DNA from: an uncultured Clostridia bacterium
GTDB lineage: Bacteria > Bacillota > Clostridia > UMGS1883
DNA length: 64,000 nt
Reading direction: 5' to 3'
Assembly (NCBI GenBank): GCA_947629005.1
Contig: CANRCD010000002.1
Span: 240,488 to 304,487, forward strand
A model generated the notes under the pieces. The model ran no database searches, was not told the origin of the DNA, and worked only from the letters and a program-made list of their open reading frames with translations. Of this stretch, positions 26,581 through 36,901 are shown piece after piece. The position numbers and the translations under genes are program-made. The first letter of the stretch is position 1. Each line of letters starts with the position of its first letter.

Positions 26581-28848
26581 TTATCTTATGATGATAATGC
26601 GTACCCTGCCGCCGTTTCTGACGCTTTCGTCGCCGTAGATTTCCACTTCGGCGGAGCCGAGACGCATGGCCTCCTCTGCGGAGATGAGGGAGTATTCGCC
26701 GTTCTCACGGCGGTAAATTTCAAAGCCCGCCGCCGCGCGGTACACTGTGTTATCCACTTTGACGCGGTCGCCGCTGACAGCCGTTATCTTTTTGCCGCTG
26801 TCCATCAGCACGGCGTCGGTAAACCCGCCGGTCAGAGTATTAATGCCGATTACCGGAGTTGCAAATACGCGCCTGCCGGCGTTTACGCTGGTTTCTTCGC
26901 CGTGGAGAAGCACGGCGTAGCTGCCGGAGGTGTACTTGCGGACGATATTGCCCTCCTCGTCCCGTTCCACAACGGTATCTGTGGCGGTTATCACGCCGTA
27001 TTCATAATCGGCCTTTGTCACGTTCTGGAGGTAGAGCAGAGTCACGTCCTTCATAGGGCCGGAAAGCTCGGCGTGAATCACCTGATCCCGAGAAAGCGAG
27101 CTGCCGTCTATGTCGGATAAGCGTATCTTGCGCACAACGGCCGGTCCGTCGTCAGGATTCGCGGCCAGCACGAGGACGCTGCAATCCGAGGATATCCAGC
27201 TCCCGTCAAAGGTCATAAGCTCCTTGTCAAGCTTGCCGTCCTTGCGGCTGTAGGTTATGGCCCTGAGTAAGGCCGCGCCGTCCGCAAAAGAGAGCTCCAT
27301 AAGGCGGCCCTTCTTGTCGGAATAGTCAATATTGGACTTGTACTCCATCTCGGAGCCGTCCGGCAGGAACAGCTTCACGGCGTAGCCCTGATTGCCGTGC
27401 TCGTCGGTTTTGCGATAGGAATCCAGCACCACGGCGAGGCTGCGGCCGATTGAGGCGGTGGAATCCACCACGTCGGCAATGTCGCCGTTACGGTCGAGGA
27501 GCAGCGTCACAAAGTCCCCTATGGCAAAGGCTCCTGCGGACTCGTTCAGCTTATTCATGGCCTCGGCGGCGCCTATTTTATAGCTCTTCCCGCCCACGGT
27601 CACCTGCGTAACCGAGGACTTGTAGGGCTCGGCCTTCTCGTATGTTCCGCTGACCTTGGCGTCGTACGCGTAGACGGTGTTGGTGTTGGCGTCGTAGTAA
27701 ACCACGTCGTATATGGCGATATCGTCAATGCTTGCCCTCACGCCGCGGCGGATAACAGACGGCGCGGACGCTATGGCAAAAAGGTCGTAAATCTGCTGCC
27801 CGCCGGTCGTGACGGTCTTGGGTCCCTCCATGGTGTATATATCCACCACGGCGCTTTTGAACGCGCCGGTCTCGTCGTAGAACAGCTTTATCCTGCTGCC
27901 GGTTGTGATATCTGCGGCCACTGCCTCGGCGGTTGTTTTTTCACCGTCGGCGAAAACTGTGCCGCTGTAGGGCAGGCTAACAGCGCCGCCGGTCCAGCTT
28001 ATGTCAACGGTGCGGCGGTCCGCATTGGAAAGGCATGAGGCAACCACGATCTCCTGTCCGTCGCCGCCGTCGCTCTTGAACATCAGTATCTCCTTGTCGC
28101 GGCTGACGTAGAGCGTGCCCGTTTTGCCAAAGCTGTCGGCTCCAATCGCTCCGTCTGCGGCCTTGAAGCCGCCTTCGCTGGTTTCGATTATGCTGCTGTC
28201 GCTCTTATTGAGGCCGTAGAGCAGCGCGTCGTCGTAGACTGTTATACCGGCCTTCGAGGCGAGGGTCACGTCCTCCTGACCGTTGAGATCGGCGTCGAGA
28301 GCGTTGTTCACGATAACGGCCATATCGCCTCGGGTAACATAATCGTTGGCGTTGAGGCTGACTCCTTTATCGAGCCCCAGCGCGCGGGCCTTGCTGACAA
28401 AATCGCTGGGCCAGTGAAAGCCGATGTCGCTGTCGGTATAGTCCATGCAGCGCATAAGCACCGTCACGGCCTGAGCAAAGGTCAGCACATTTTTTCCGCC
28501 GAAGCTGCCGTCGGGAAAGCCGGCGATAATGCCGGTCTCGGCCACATAGGAAATGTAGCCCAGCGCCCAACTGTCGGGCGAAACGTCCGTAAAGGCAGTG
28601 GCCGAGAGCGAGGCGGAGGCCTTTTCCTCCTGTCCGAGAATGCGGACGGCGATTTTTGCGAACTGCTCCCTTGTGACGTAGTCGTCGGGGCGGAAGCTGC
28701 CGTCACCTAGGCCGTCCAGCACGCCAAGCGTGGCGAGGGTACGCGCGGCCTCGGCCTCAGTCGGATCGGTTATGTCGGTAAAATCGGCCATAGCTGGAAT
28801 TGCGGCCATGATTGCCGCCAGTATGGCCGCAATGATTTTCTTTATCAT
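26581..28848 (-). CDS. S-layer homology (3x SLH) domain wall-associated protein, C-terminal region unknown
   Basis: It has a signal peptide and SLH repeats (FTDI...A...L..LGVL.G..DGSFRPDDYVTREQFA, FTDV...W..GYI......GII.GFPDGSFG). An RBS GGAGGG precedes the ATG at 28848. Confidence 0.8.
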   Translation of the reverse strand: MIKKIIAAILAAIMAAIPAMADFTDITDPTEAEAARTLATLGVLDGLGDGSFRPDDYVTREQFAKIAVRILGQEEKASASLSATAFTDVSPDSWALGYISYVAETGIIAGFPDGSFGGKNVLTFAQAVTVLMRCMDYTDSDIGFHWPSDFVSKARALGLDKGVSLNANDYVTRGDMAVIVNNALDADLNGQEDVTLASKAGITVYDDALLYGLNKSDSSIIETSEGGFKAADGAIGADSFGKTGTLYVSRDKEILMFKSDGGDGQEIVVASCLSNADRRTVDISWTGGAVSLPYSGTVFADGEKTTAEAVAADITTGSRIKLFYDETGAFKSAVVDIYTMEGPKTVTTGGQQIYDLFAIASAPSVIRRGVRASIDDIAIYDVVYYDANTNTVYAYDAKVSGTYEKAEPYKSSVTQVTVGGKSYKIGAAEAMNKLNESAGAFAIGDFVTLLLDRNGDIADVVDSTASIGRSLAVVLDSYRKTDEHGNQGYAVKLFLPDGSEMEYKSNIDYSDKKGRLMELSFADGAALLRAITYSRKDGKLDKELMTFDGSWISSDCSVLVLAANPDDGPAVVRKIRLSDIDGSSLSRDQVIHAELSGPMKDVTLLYLQNVTKADYEYGVITATDTVVERDEEGNIVRKYTSGSYAVLLHGEETSVNAGRRVFATPVIGINTLTGGFTDAVLMDSGKKITAVSGDRVKVDNTVYRAAAGFEIYRRENGEYSLISAEEAMRLGSAEVEIYGDESVRNGGRVRIIIIR

Positions 28849-28914
28849 TTTATCACCCTCCATGGGATAGTGTGGAAACTCGAAATGAAATAATAAGTAA
28901 AAATCTGAAATTTA

Positions 28915-30105
28915 TTATTCGTATCTCAGCGCGTCGATGGGCTTCATTCGGGCGGCCTTAAAGGCAGGGTAAAATCCGAAGAACACGCCTACCAGCGCGG
29001 AAAAGCCAAACGAGGCGGTAATGACGGGTATCTGATCCACAATAGGCACCGAGTCATAGCCGAAGGCCATGGTGGCAAACTCGCTGCCCACAATGCCAAG
29101 GGCAATGCCGATGCACCCGCCTATGCAGCTTATCACTGCGGACTCAATTAAAAACTGTGTGAGAATAGTCCGCATTTTCGCACCGACGGCCTTTCTTATG
29201 CCAATCTCGCGCGTGCGCTCGGTGACGGTCACCAGCATGATGTTCATTATGCCTATACCGCCCACAAGCAGCGATATACCTGCGATTGCCGCCGCGAGCA
29301 GCGACATCGAGTTTATCTCCTCGTTGAGCTGCTGCATATTTTCGGCCTGATTATATACGTAGACGGCGTTGTCGTCTTGGTATATCCTTTTGAAAAGCTC
29401 CTTAATTTTGTCAACCGCCTGCGTGGATATCTTCGGGTCGGTCACGCCTACAAAGTATTCGTTTATGCGGGCATTCTTCATCAGGCGCTGGGCACGGGTG
29501 TAGGGGATAACTATGCGGGCGTCGTCGCCCCATTCGTTCAGCTCCTCGCTCTGCTGCTTAAGCAGGCCCACAACGGTGAAAACCTCGCCCTCTATCCTTA
29601 TTTCCTGCCCGACAGGGTCTCGCCCGCCGAAAAGCTGGCGGCGGACGTATTCGCCGATAACGGCCACGCTGGAGCGGTTCTTAACGTCGGACGAGGTAAA
29701 GAAGCTGCCGCCCGAGAGGGCGCTGTTCTTCATCAGACCGTAGCCGGGGCTCGTGCCGTAGATGCGGCCATTCAGATTGCGGTTGCCGTTTTTTACCCTG
29801 CCGCCGCCTTCAATTACCGGCGCGGCAAAGGTTAGCAGGTCGGGATTGTCCTTGACTACCTTGTCCACGTCGGTGGGAGTGACGCGGCGGGTAGTCTCGC
29901 CGTAGCGGTTGACGTAAAGTTCGATGACATTTGCGTCCATCTGATCCATCCACTCGCGCATACCCATTGCGGCGGCGGTGACCATGTTGACCATGATTAT
30001 TACCGCTAAAACGCCGATGATTATGCCCAGCATGGTAAGAAGGGAGCGTACCTTATTGGAGGCTATGCTTTGCAGAGCCATCTTAAAGCTCATTACCACG
30101 TTCAT
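28915..30105 (-). CDS. MacB/FtsX-type ABC transporter permease (MacB_PCD + FtsX), with no fused or adjacent NBD
   Basis: It has the N-terminus ALQSIASNKVRSLLTMLGIIIGV and the C-terminal FtsX motif ERTREIGIRKAVGA...P...AARM.PI.ALRYE. Confidence 0.85.
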   Translation of the reverse strand: MNVVMSFKMALQSIASNKVRSLLTMLGIIIGVLAVIIMVNMVTAAAMGMREWMDQMDANVIELYVNRYGETTRRVTPTDVDKVVKDNPDLLTFAAPVIEGGGRVKNGNRNLNGRIYGTSPGYGLMKNSALSGGSFFTSSDVKNRSSVAVIGEYVRRQLFGGRDPVGQEIRIEGEVFTVVGLLKQQSEELNEWGDDARIVIPYTRAQRLMKNARINEYFVGVTDPKISTQAVDKIKELFKRIYQDDNAVYVYNQAENMQQLNEEINSMSLLAAAIAGISLLVGGIGIMNIMLVTVTERTREIGIRKAVGAKMRTILTQFLIESAVISCIGGCIGIALGIVGSEFATMAFGYDSVPIVDQIPVITASFGFSALVGVFFGFYPAFKAARMKPIDALRYE

Positions 30106-30117
30106 GTTGACGCTCCT

Positions 30118-31995
30118 TTACCAGTACATCATGTCATCCTGCGAAGCGAGGCCCATGTCGCGCAGGACGTCGCCCTCGTTAAGGCCGGATTTTATCTCGA
30201 AAAGGTCAGTGCTGTGGAGGCCCACATCGACCTGAACCTGAGTTTCTACCTCCTCGCCTTCGGCTTCGCCCGGGGTAACTAAGGTGGCGTAATACATATC
30301 GCCCACCATAAAGATGGCCGACGCCGGAGCTACGATTACGTCCTCGGCGATACCGACGTTTATCTCGGCGGTAACATTCATGCCGCTCATCAAATTGCCG
30401 ACCTCGTCCACGGTTATCGACACCGGATAGCCGGTTATGCCGCTTTCCGAGTTGCCTATGCGCGACACCGCCGTCACCGTGCCCGAGAACATCTCTCCGG
30501 GCAATGCGTCGGCCGTGACGGATACGCTCTGGCCTTCCTTTATGTTGGAGATATCCAGCTCGTCTACGTTTATGGTGAAGGTCATGGCGCTCATATCGGC
30601 TACGACCATGAGATTGCGGTTGTCGCCCTCGCCGCTGTAGTTGTCGCCGGCCTTGTAGTACTTTTCAAGCACCACGCCGGAAACGGGCGAGTAAATTGTG
30701 TAATCCTCGGCGGCTTTTTTCGCCACGTCAAGAGCGCTTTGGGCGTTGTCCACGTTCTCAATGGCGTCCTCGCGGCCGTCCTTGGCGTCCTGCCAAGCCT
30801 TTTCGGCGGATTTGACGGAGTTATTGCCGCTCTCGCGGGCGTTTTCAAGGGCCTCCTCAAGGGTGCGGCAGGCTTTTTCGCGCTCGGCGAGCAAATCCTC
30901 CAGCGTTTCGCTGCTTATACGGGCTATAGCCTGACCGGCGCTGACGGTATCGCCGTTTTCCACGTATACGGCGGTTATCTCGCCGGCCTCCTCAACTTCA
31001 ATATCCTCGGGCTCGGCGTATGTTACCGTGCCGCTGGTGGGGCACTCTATATCGCCGTTTGAGGTATGTACCGTGACGGATATTTTTGTACCGGCGGCGA
31101 GGTTAAGGCCGTTGTCGAGCAAAATCTTCACGTTATACATAACGGTGCCGTCGGCCCCGCTGTGGGGCGCGCCGTACTTTCGGGCGACTCTGCCGCCCAC
31201 GCTGTCCATAAGACTGGCCACGCCGACGGTCACTCTGTCGCCTTCCTTTATATTTTGTATCTGAAGGCTGTTGAAGCTGACCGTAGCCGAAACGTCGCTG
31301 TAACTCTGTATCTGCCCCAGCGACGCGCCCGACTGCTTGCCCTCCTGCGCAGTGAGACCCTCAACCACGCCGGCTATGGGCGCGCGCACTGTCAATTTAC
31401 CCATGCGCTCCTGAACCTCGGCGAGGTTTTCACGGGCTTCGGCAAGGTCGCGCTCGGCGTCCTCCACGGAGCGTTGGGCGTTGCGCCGCGCGGTCTCAAT
31501 AGCCTCGGCGGCGTCGGCAATGGCGTCGTCCACGCCCGTAAGGCCGCGCTGAGCGGCGCGCAGGGCGTTTTCGGCATTCTTTATCTTATCCTGAGCCTCG
31601 GCGTCCTCAAAGCGGTAGAGCAGGTCGCCCTTTTCCACGGTTTGTCCCTTTTCGTACCCGCACTCCGTGATGGCGCCGGTAACGAGCGGCGTCAGCGTGT
31701 ATGACTCGATAGGCTGGACCGTGCCCGAGCCCGTGACGCGCACGTCCACCGTTCCACGGGAGACTACCGACGTTGTCTGCGTTTCGGTCTCGGCGCCGGT
31801 TTCTCGGCTGTGCTTGAAGCGGATAAAAGCAACCAGCCCCGCGATTAGCGCGGCCAGCAGAATTATACGTATTGTGTTCTTGAACCATCTGCGCTTGTAG
31901 AAGCGCTTTTTTTTCGGCTTTATAATATCCTGCCCGATTTGTTCCGCGGTCTGTTCCGCGGCCTCGGGGGCGGTTTTTTTCTTTTTAAAAAGCAT
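30118..31995 (-). CDS. HlyD/MacA-type periplasmic adaptor (membrane fusion protein) with long coiled coil
   Basis: It has an N-terminal TM, barrel-sandwich and lipoyl-like segments, and a long charged coiled-coil region. An RBS GGGAGGA precedes the ATG at 31995. Confidence 0.8.
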   Translation of the reverse strand: MLFKKKKTAPEAAEQTAEQIGQDIIKPKKKRFYKRRWFKNTIRIILLAALIAGLVAFIRFKHSRETGAETETQTTSVVSRGTVDVRVTGSGTVQPIESYTLTPLVTGAITECGYEKGQTVEKGDLLYRFEDAEAQDKIKNAENALRAAQRGLTGVDDAIADAAEAIETARRNAQRSVEDAERDLAEARENLAEVQERMGKLTVRAPIAGVVEGLTAQEGKQSGASLGQIQSYSDVSATVSFNSLQIQNIKEGDRVTVGVASLMDSVGGRVARKYGAPHSGADGTVMYNVKILLDNGLNLAAGTKISVTVHTSNGDIECPTSGTVTYAEPEDIEVEEAGEITAVYVENGDTVSAGQAIARISSETLEDLLAEREKACRTLEEALENARESGNNSVKSAEKAWQDAKDGREDAIENVDNAQSALDVAKKAAEDYTIYSPVSGVVLEKYYKAGDNYSGEGDNRNLMVVADMSAMTFTINVDELDISNIKEGQSVSVTADALPGEMFSGTVTAVSRIGNSESGITGYPVSITVDEVGNLMSGMNVTAEINVGIAEDVIVAPASAIFMVGDMYYATLVTPGEAEGEEVETQVQVDVGLHSTDLFEIKSGLNEGDVLRDMGLASQDDMMYW

Positions 31996-32035
31996 CTGTA
32001 TATCCTCCCGACGGCACATAATAATAGACAATATA

Positions 32036-32064
32036 ATTATACACCTGAATTAACGTCATTTCAA
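32036..32064 (-). promoter_or_regulatory. Promoter TTGAAA-N17-TATAAT for the adaptor-permease-SLH-ATPase-like operon
   Basis: Read on the reverse complement. It is preceded by the queA terminator CGGCCG-ACCGG-CGGCCG plus T-run. Confidence 0.6.
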
Positions 32065-32150
32065 GAATAAAATTATTAAATATTTATTAATGGAATAATC
32101 ACGCGGCATGGAAAAAGTCGGCCGCCGGTCGGCCGAATGAATTTGCGGAT

Positions 32151-33173
32151 TCAGTATATCAGCATAGCGTCGCCAAATGAGAAAAAGCGGTAGCGTTCCT
32201 CCACGGCGTGGCGGTAGGCCTTCAGCACGTTATCCTTGCCGGCGAGAGCGCTGACAAGCATGATTAGCGTGGATTTGGGCAGGTGAAAATTAGTGATAAG
32301 GCAATCGGTCAGCTTGAAGCTGTAGCCCGGGTAGATGAAAATGTCGGTGCTGCCGCTGCCGGAGACGAGAAGCCCATCTCGCGCGGCGCTTTCGACGGTG
32401 CGGCAGCTTGTTGTGCCCACGCATATCACGCGCCCGCCGGCGGCCTTCGCCGCGTTCACGGTTTCGGCGGCTTCGGGGCTGACGCTGTAAACCTCGGAAT
32501 GCATTTTGTGCTTTTCCACGTCGGCCACCTTTACGGGGCGGAAAGTGCCGAGCCCTACATGGAGGGTGACGAATGCCGTGCTCACGCCCATGGCGCGTAT
32601 GCCGTCAAGCAGCTCGTTTGTAAAGTGCAGCCCCGCCGTCGGGGCGGCGGCGCTGCCTTCGTGGACGGAATAGACCGTCTGGTAACGCTCCTTGTCCTCG
32701 AGCTTTTCTGTTATGTAGGGCGGCAGCGGCATTTCGCCGAGCTCGTCCAGCACGTTCTCGAACAGGCCCTCGTACTCAAAACGCACTCTGCGGCCCCCGC
32801 CGTCGGTGACGGATAGAATTTCGGCGCGGAGTCTGCCGCCGCCGAACTCGAACCGTGCGCCGGGCTTGGCCTTGCCGCCGGGGCGGAGAATTACCTCCCA
32901 CTCGTCGGTGGTCAGCCGCTTCAGCAGCAAAAACTCTATAGCTCCTCCGGTACGTTCCTTTTTGCCGTAGAGCCGCGCCGGTATGACGCGGGTGTCGTTC
33001 AGCACAAGACAGTCGCCCGAGCGGAGAAAGCTCTTTATGTTCCTGAACATATCGTCCCGAAACTCGCCCGTGGCTTTGTTCAGCGTCAGCAGCCGCGAGG
33101 CTGCCCGATCCTCCAGCGGATGCTGGGCGATAAGCTCATCGGGCAAATAATAGTCAAATTCGTCGGTGTTCAT
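32151..33173 (-). CDS. queA: S-adenosylmethionine:tRNA ribosyltransferase-isomerase
   Basis: It shows [37 protein letters not shown] and [10 protein letters not shown]. Confidence 0.95.
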   Translation of the reverse strand: MNTDEFDYYLPDELIAQHPLEDRAASRLLTLNKATGEFRDDMFRNIKSFLRSGDCLVLNDTRVIPARLYGKKERTGGAIEFLLLKRLTTDEWEVILRPGGKAKPGARFEFGGGRLRAEILSVTDGGGRRVRFEYEGLFENVLDELGEMPLPPYITEKLEDKERYQTVYSVHEGSAAAPTAGLHFTNELLDGIRAMGVSTAFVTLHVGLGTFRPVKVADVEKHKMHSEVYSVSPEAAETVNAAKAAGGRVICVGTTSCRTVESAARDGLLVSGSGSTDIFIYPGYSFKLTDCLITNFHLPKSTLIMLVSALAGKDNVLKAYRHAVEERYRFFSFGDAMLIY

Positions 33174-33175
33174 TT

Positions 33176-35041
33176 TTACTGTCCTTCCCTGTGAAAATAT
33201 CCGTAAATCGTCTCGGCCAGCGCCTTTCCGACGCCGTCCGCTTCGGCCAGCTCCTCCGGCGTTGCCTTTTTTATGGCGGCCACTGTCTTAAACCGCCTGA
33301 GCAGCGCGGCCTTTTTGGCCGGACCTACGCCGGAAACGGCGTCGAGCTCGCTTTCGGTCAGCCGTTTGTTCCTGAGTTTGCGGTGGTATTCTATGGCGAA
33401 TCGGTGAACCTCTTCCTGAATTTGGGCTACAAGGCGGAAGGCGCTGCCGCTTGGCGGAAGCGTCAGCTCGCCCTCGTCTCCCACGATGCCGCGGCTGCGG
33501 TGCTTATCGTTCTTCACCATGCCGTAGACCGGAATGTCGAGCCCCAGCTCCTCAAGCACGGCGCGGGCGGCGTGGACCTGCCCCAAGCCGCCGTCCATGA
33601 GTATCAGGTCGGGCAGTTCGCCAAAGCGGCCGTCGCCCTTGCGGCGCTCGTGGGTGAAGCGGCGAGTCAGCGTTTGCCGCATGGACTCGGCGTCGTTGTT
33701 GCCTATAGCTTCGTCCAGCTTGAAGCGGCGATAGTCCTTCTTTGAGGGACGGCCGTTTTTGAACACCACCATCGACGAAACGCTGTCCCGTCCGGAAATG
33801 TGCGAAACGTCGTAGGATTCAATGCGGTCGGGGATGACCTCGAGCTTAAGCGCCTCGGCCAGCTCTATAACGGCGTTGACCTTGAGCCGTTCCTTCACCT
33901 TTTCGGTTTTCATGTTCATTATATTTTTGCCGGCGTTTTCGAGCGCCATATCTACGATTTGCCTGTTTGCGCCGCGCATGGGCGTTTTTACTTCGGTTTT
34001 CTTGCCGCGAAGCTGACGGAACCAACGCTCCAGCATATCGGCGTCGGCCACCTCGTGCGAGAGCAGCACCGTTTTCGGCACGTAGAGCCCGCCTCGGTAA
34101 TATTGGGTGACAAAGCTTTCCAGCATCTCGCCGGCATCGTCGGAAATTGAGTTTGAAAGGTCAAAGCTGTCGCGGCCGATGAGTTTGCCGTGACGGATGT
34201 AAAAGGCCTCCACACAGGCGAGGCCGTCCTCGGCTGCGAGGGCAAAAACGTCGATATCGGCGTCGCTCGCCGTGAGCACCTTCTGCCTCTCGCCGAGCGC
34301 CTTCACCGACTCAATACGGTCGCGCAGCGAGGCCGCCATCTCAAATTCAAGGTTCCCCGCCGCGCGGCGCATTTCCGCTGTCAGAGCGTTAATGACCTCG
34401 TCGTCTTTTCCCTCGAGAAAAGCCGCCGCCGCCTTGAACAGCGCGCGGTAGTCCTCCTTGCTGACGGAGCCTGTGCAGGGAGCGAGGCAGCGTCCCATGG
34501 AGTGATACACGCAGGGACGCTCCTTGCCGATGTCGCGCGGAAACTGCTTTTTGCAGTGGGCGATTTTGAAGATGTTTTTAACCAGATCCATGGTTTCGCG
34601 CACAGAATACCCCGTGGGATATGGCCCGAAATATTTCGCGCCGTCGTTTTCGATACGGCGGACATATAGCATACGGGGATAATCCTCGTTCATTGTGAGC
34701 TTGATATATGGGTAGTGCTTGTCGTCCTTGAGAAGTATGTTGTATTTTGGCTTATACTCCTTGATCAGGTTGCTCTCGAGCACAAGGGCCTCCATCTCGC
34801 TGTCGCAGATAACGTAGTCGAGGTCGGCCACGCGGCTGACCATCATACGGGTTTTGGCGCTGTGGCCCGCGGAGGAATGAAAGTACTGGCGCACGCGGTT
34901 TTTCAGCACCTTGGCCTTGCCTACGTATATTATGCGGCCGCTCTTGTCCTTCATCAAGTAGACGCCGGGAGTTTCGGGCAGCTTTTTAAGTTTTTCGTCT
35001 ATGACCTCGCTCGCGGCCACGGCCATTCTCCTTTCAGGCAC
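33176..35041 (-). CDS. uvrC: Excinuclease ABC subunit C
   Basis: It has a GIY-YIG domain ([22 protein letters not shown]), a UVR domain, an endonuclease domain and a C-terminal HhH. The start is ambiguous (GTG 35041 or ATG 35026). Confidence 0.93.
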   Translation of the reverse strand: MPERRMAVAASEVIDEKLKKLPETPGVYLMKDKSGRIIYVGKAKVLKNRVRQYFHSSAGHSAKTRMMVSRVADLDYVICDSEMEALVLESNLIKEYKPKYNILLKDDKHYPYIKLTMNEDYPRMLYVRRIENDGAKYFGPYPTGYSVRETMDLVKNIFKIAHCKKQFPRDIGKERPCVYHSMGRCLAPCTGSVSKEDYRALFKAAAAFLEGKDDEVINALTAEMRRAAGNLEFEMAASLRDRIESVKALGERQKVLTASDADIDVFALAAEDGLACVEAFYIRHGKLIGRDSFDLSNSISDDAGEMLESFVTQYYRGGLYVPKTVLLSHEVADADMLERWFRQLRGKKTEVKTPMRGANRQIVDMALENAGKNIMNMKTEKVKERLKVNAVIELAEALKLEVIPDRIESYDVSHISGRDSVSSMVVFKNGRPSKKDYRRFKLDEAIGNNDAESMRQTLTRRFTHERRKGDGRFGELPDLILMDGGLGQVHAARAVLEELGLDIPVYGMVKNDKHRSRGIVGDEGELTLPPSGSAFRLVAQIQEEVHRFAIEYHRKLRNKRLTESELDAVSGVGPAKKAALLRRFKTVAAIKKATPEELAEADGVGKALAETIYGYFHREGQ

Positions 35042-35044
35042 GGC

Positions 35045-36364
35045 TTATTTCGCGCCGTGCTCCTTTTTCCAATTTTTCACCCATTCCAGCCTTTCGCGAA
35101 AGCGTTCCTCAAGCCCCTGATTCGTGGGGCGGTAGTACTCGCGGCCAAGGAGCGAGTCTGGCAGGCACTGCATGGCGGCCACCTTGTCCTCGGTGTCATG
35201 CGCGTACACATAGCCGTCGCCGTAGCCTAGCTCCTTCATCAGCTTTGTGGGAGCGTTCCTTATCACCAGCGGCACCGGTTCGGATAACTGTGTGAGCGCG
35301 TCCTTTTTTGCGGCGGCGTAGGCGGCGTCGAGCGAATTCGAGCGCGGGGCCAGCGAAAGGTAGACCACTGCCTCGCACAGGTGCACCGAGCACTCGGGCA
35401 TACCGATGAAATGGCAGGCCTGATACGCCGCCACGCTTATCTCCAACGCCCGCGGGTCGGCAAGGCCCACGTCCTCGGCGGCGAAGCGCACCACTCTGCG
35501 GGCTATGTAAAGCGGATCCTCGCCTGCCTCAAGCATACGCGCCAGCCAGTAAATGGCCGCGTCGGGGTCGGAATTGCGCATGGATTTGTGCAGGGCCGAG
35601 ATGAGGTTGTAGTGTTCCTCGCCTTTTTTGTCATACAGCAGCGACTTGCGCGACACACACTGTTCTAAGTCCTCGGGCCTTACGGTGACGCTTTCGCCGT
35701 CCAGAGAGCCGTTCAGTACGGCCATCTCCAGCGTTGAAAGGGCCGAACGGGCGTCGCCGTCTGCGAAAGAGGCAATGGCCTCAAGCGCGCCGTCAGGCAG
35801 CGAGACCTTAAGCCTGCCGAAGCCGCGCGGGTCGGTCAGCGCACGGGAGAGCAGCGCCGTCAGGTTTTCGGCGCTTAAGGCCTTGAGCACAAACACCTTG
35901 CACCGCGAGAGCAAGGCGCCGTTTACCTCGAAGGAGGGATTTTCGGTGGTGGCGCCTATGAGTACTATGCTGCCTTTTTCCACAAAGGGCAGAAAGGCGT
36001 CCTGCTGGGCCTTATTGAAGCGGTGTATCTCGTCCACAAACACTATGGTGCGCCCGCCAAAGCGGCGGTTGTTTTCAGCCTGCTGCATTACGGCGCGAAT
36101 CTCCTTTATGCCGCTTGTCACGGCGGAAAAGTCGATGAACTCAGCCTTAGTGCGGCCCGCTATTATCCGCGCCAGAGTGGTTTTGCCCACGCCCGGCGGC
36201 CCCCAGAATATCATAGACGAAATCGCGTCAGCCTCAATGAGACGCCTCAGCACTTTGCCCTCGCCCAAAAGATGTTCCTGCCCGACGAACTCATTGAGAT
36301 CGGCGGGCCTCAGCCGCGCTGCCAGCGGGCGTGTGCTGTCCTCAAAAAAGCTCTGTTGTTCCAT
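35045..36364 (-). CDS. rarA: Replication-associated recombination protein A (MgsA/RarA AAA+ ATPase)
   Basis: It shows LRP..L.EFVGQEHLLG, Walker A GPPGVGKTT, VDEIHRFNK and the MgsA_C region. An RBS GGAGGG precedes the ATG at 36364. Confidence 0.92.
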   Translation of the reverse strand: MEQQSFFEDSTRPLAARLRPADLNEFVGQEHLLGEGKVLRRLIEADAISSMIFWGPPGVGKTTLARIIAGRTKAEFIDFSAVTSGIKEIRAVMQQAENNRRFGGRTIVFVDEIHRFNKAQQDAFLPFVEKGSIVLIGATTENPSFEVNGALLSRCKVFVLKALSAENLTALLSRALTDPRGFGRLKVSLPDGALEAIASFADGDARSALSTLEMAVLNGSLDGESVTVRPEDLEQCVSRKSLLYDKKGEEHYNLISALHKSMRNSDPDAAIYWLARMLEAGEDPLYIARRVVRFAAEDVGLADPRALEISVAAYQACHFIGMPECSVHLCEAVVYLSLAPRSNSLDAAYAAAKKDALTQLSEPVPLVIRNAPTKLMKELGYGDGYVYAHDTEDKVAAMQCLPDSLLGREYYRPTNQGLEERFRERLEWVKNWKKEHGAK

Positions 36365-36401
36365 GTCGCTCCCTCCGTTTCTCAACCAATCATATACTTA
36401 T

Positions 36402-36429
36402 ATTATACTATATCCCTCAAATAAATCAA
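36402..36429 (-). promoter_or_regulatory. Promoter TTGATT-N16-TATAAT for rarA
   Basis: Read on the reverse complement. Confidence 0.5.
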
Positions 36430-36590
36430 GAGCCGAATTCATTTTTTTATATTTTGCCGAAAAACGGCGTACTTATACCGTTTGCGCCACTACTGCACAA
36501 ATCGTTATTTCCGTTTTTTTCTACGTGATTTTACATTTTTTCGCGCTGTTGAAAATAATATCCATCCTTTTCCAGTAAATTATGTAAACC

Positions 36591-36622
36591 GCGGCGAAGG
36601 GCTTGAACAAGCCCTTCGCCGC
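36591..36622. other. Perfect 14-bp-stem GC-rich hairpin GCGGCGAAGGGCTT-GAAC-AAGCCCTTCGCCGC (orphan terminator-like)
   Basis: Read directly. Only a TTT follows on the + strand, and no annotated transcript ends here. Confidence 0.6.
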
Positions 36623-36719
36623 TTTCCACACTGAAGGCGAAAAAAACCGTGTAAACCTGTTGAAACTGTTGAAAAACTCTGTGGATAACACAAAAACGCC
36701 CTTTTAGGGCTGTGGAAAA
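36622..36719. promoter_or_regulatory. DnaA-box-like sites: TGTGGATAA (36680-36688, perfect), TGTGGAAAA (36711-36719, 1 mismatch), CTTTCCACA (36622-36630, 2 mismatches, opposite orientation)
   Basis: These match the TTATCCACA consensus when read directly. Confidence 0.45.
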
Positions 36720-36838
36720 CTTCGTATGTATATTTTAGCTTATGTAAACCGAGGTTTACATAAGCTGTCCTGTTTTTCCGTAAAAATCAGGCGGTAAAAA
36801 TCAATAAAATTCGTGTAATTTCACTACGGAAATTACGG

Positions 36839-36867
36839 TTGACAAGGCGGAAAAACGGTGCTATAAT
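36839..36867 (+). promoter_or_regulatory. Promoter TTGACA-N17-TATAAT with extended -10 TGc for pdxST
   Basis: Read directly. Confidence 0.7.
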
Positions 36868-36901
36868 AGCTCTAAGTATTATTGAAGGGATTGATACCCA
36901 A

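Larger units (their letters stand above)
36546..36766. repeat. Iteron-like short repeats: CTGTTGAAA x3 (36546, 36657, 36666) and TGTAAACC x4 (36583, 36650, 36743, inverted 36753), including a palindrome with 14-bp arms at 36737-36766
   Basis: Exact repeats are read directly in a gene-free AT-rich region. Confidence 0.7.

Noticed and set aside
36440-36840. Calling this region the chromosomal origin oriC
   Set aside because: There is only one perfect and two imperfect DnaA boxes, no adjacent dnaA/dnaN, and I cannot compute GC skew. It is reported as a DnaA-box and iteron-like cluster of unknown role instead.
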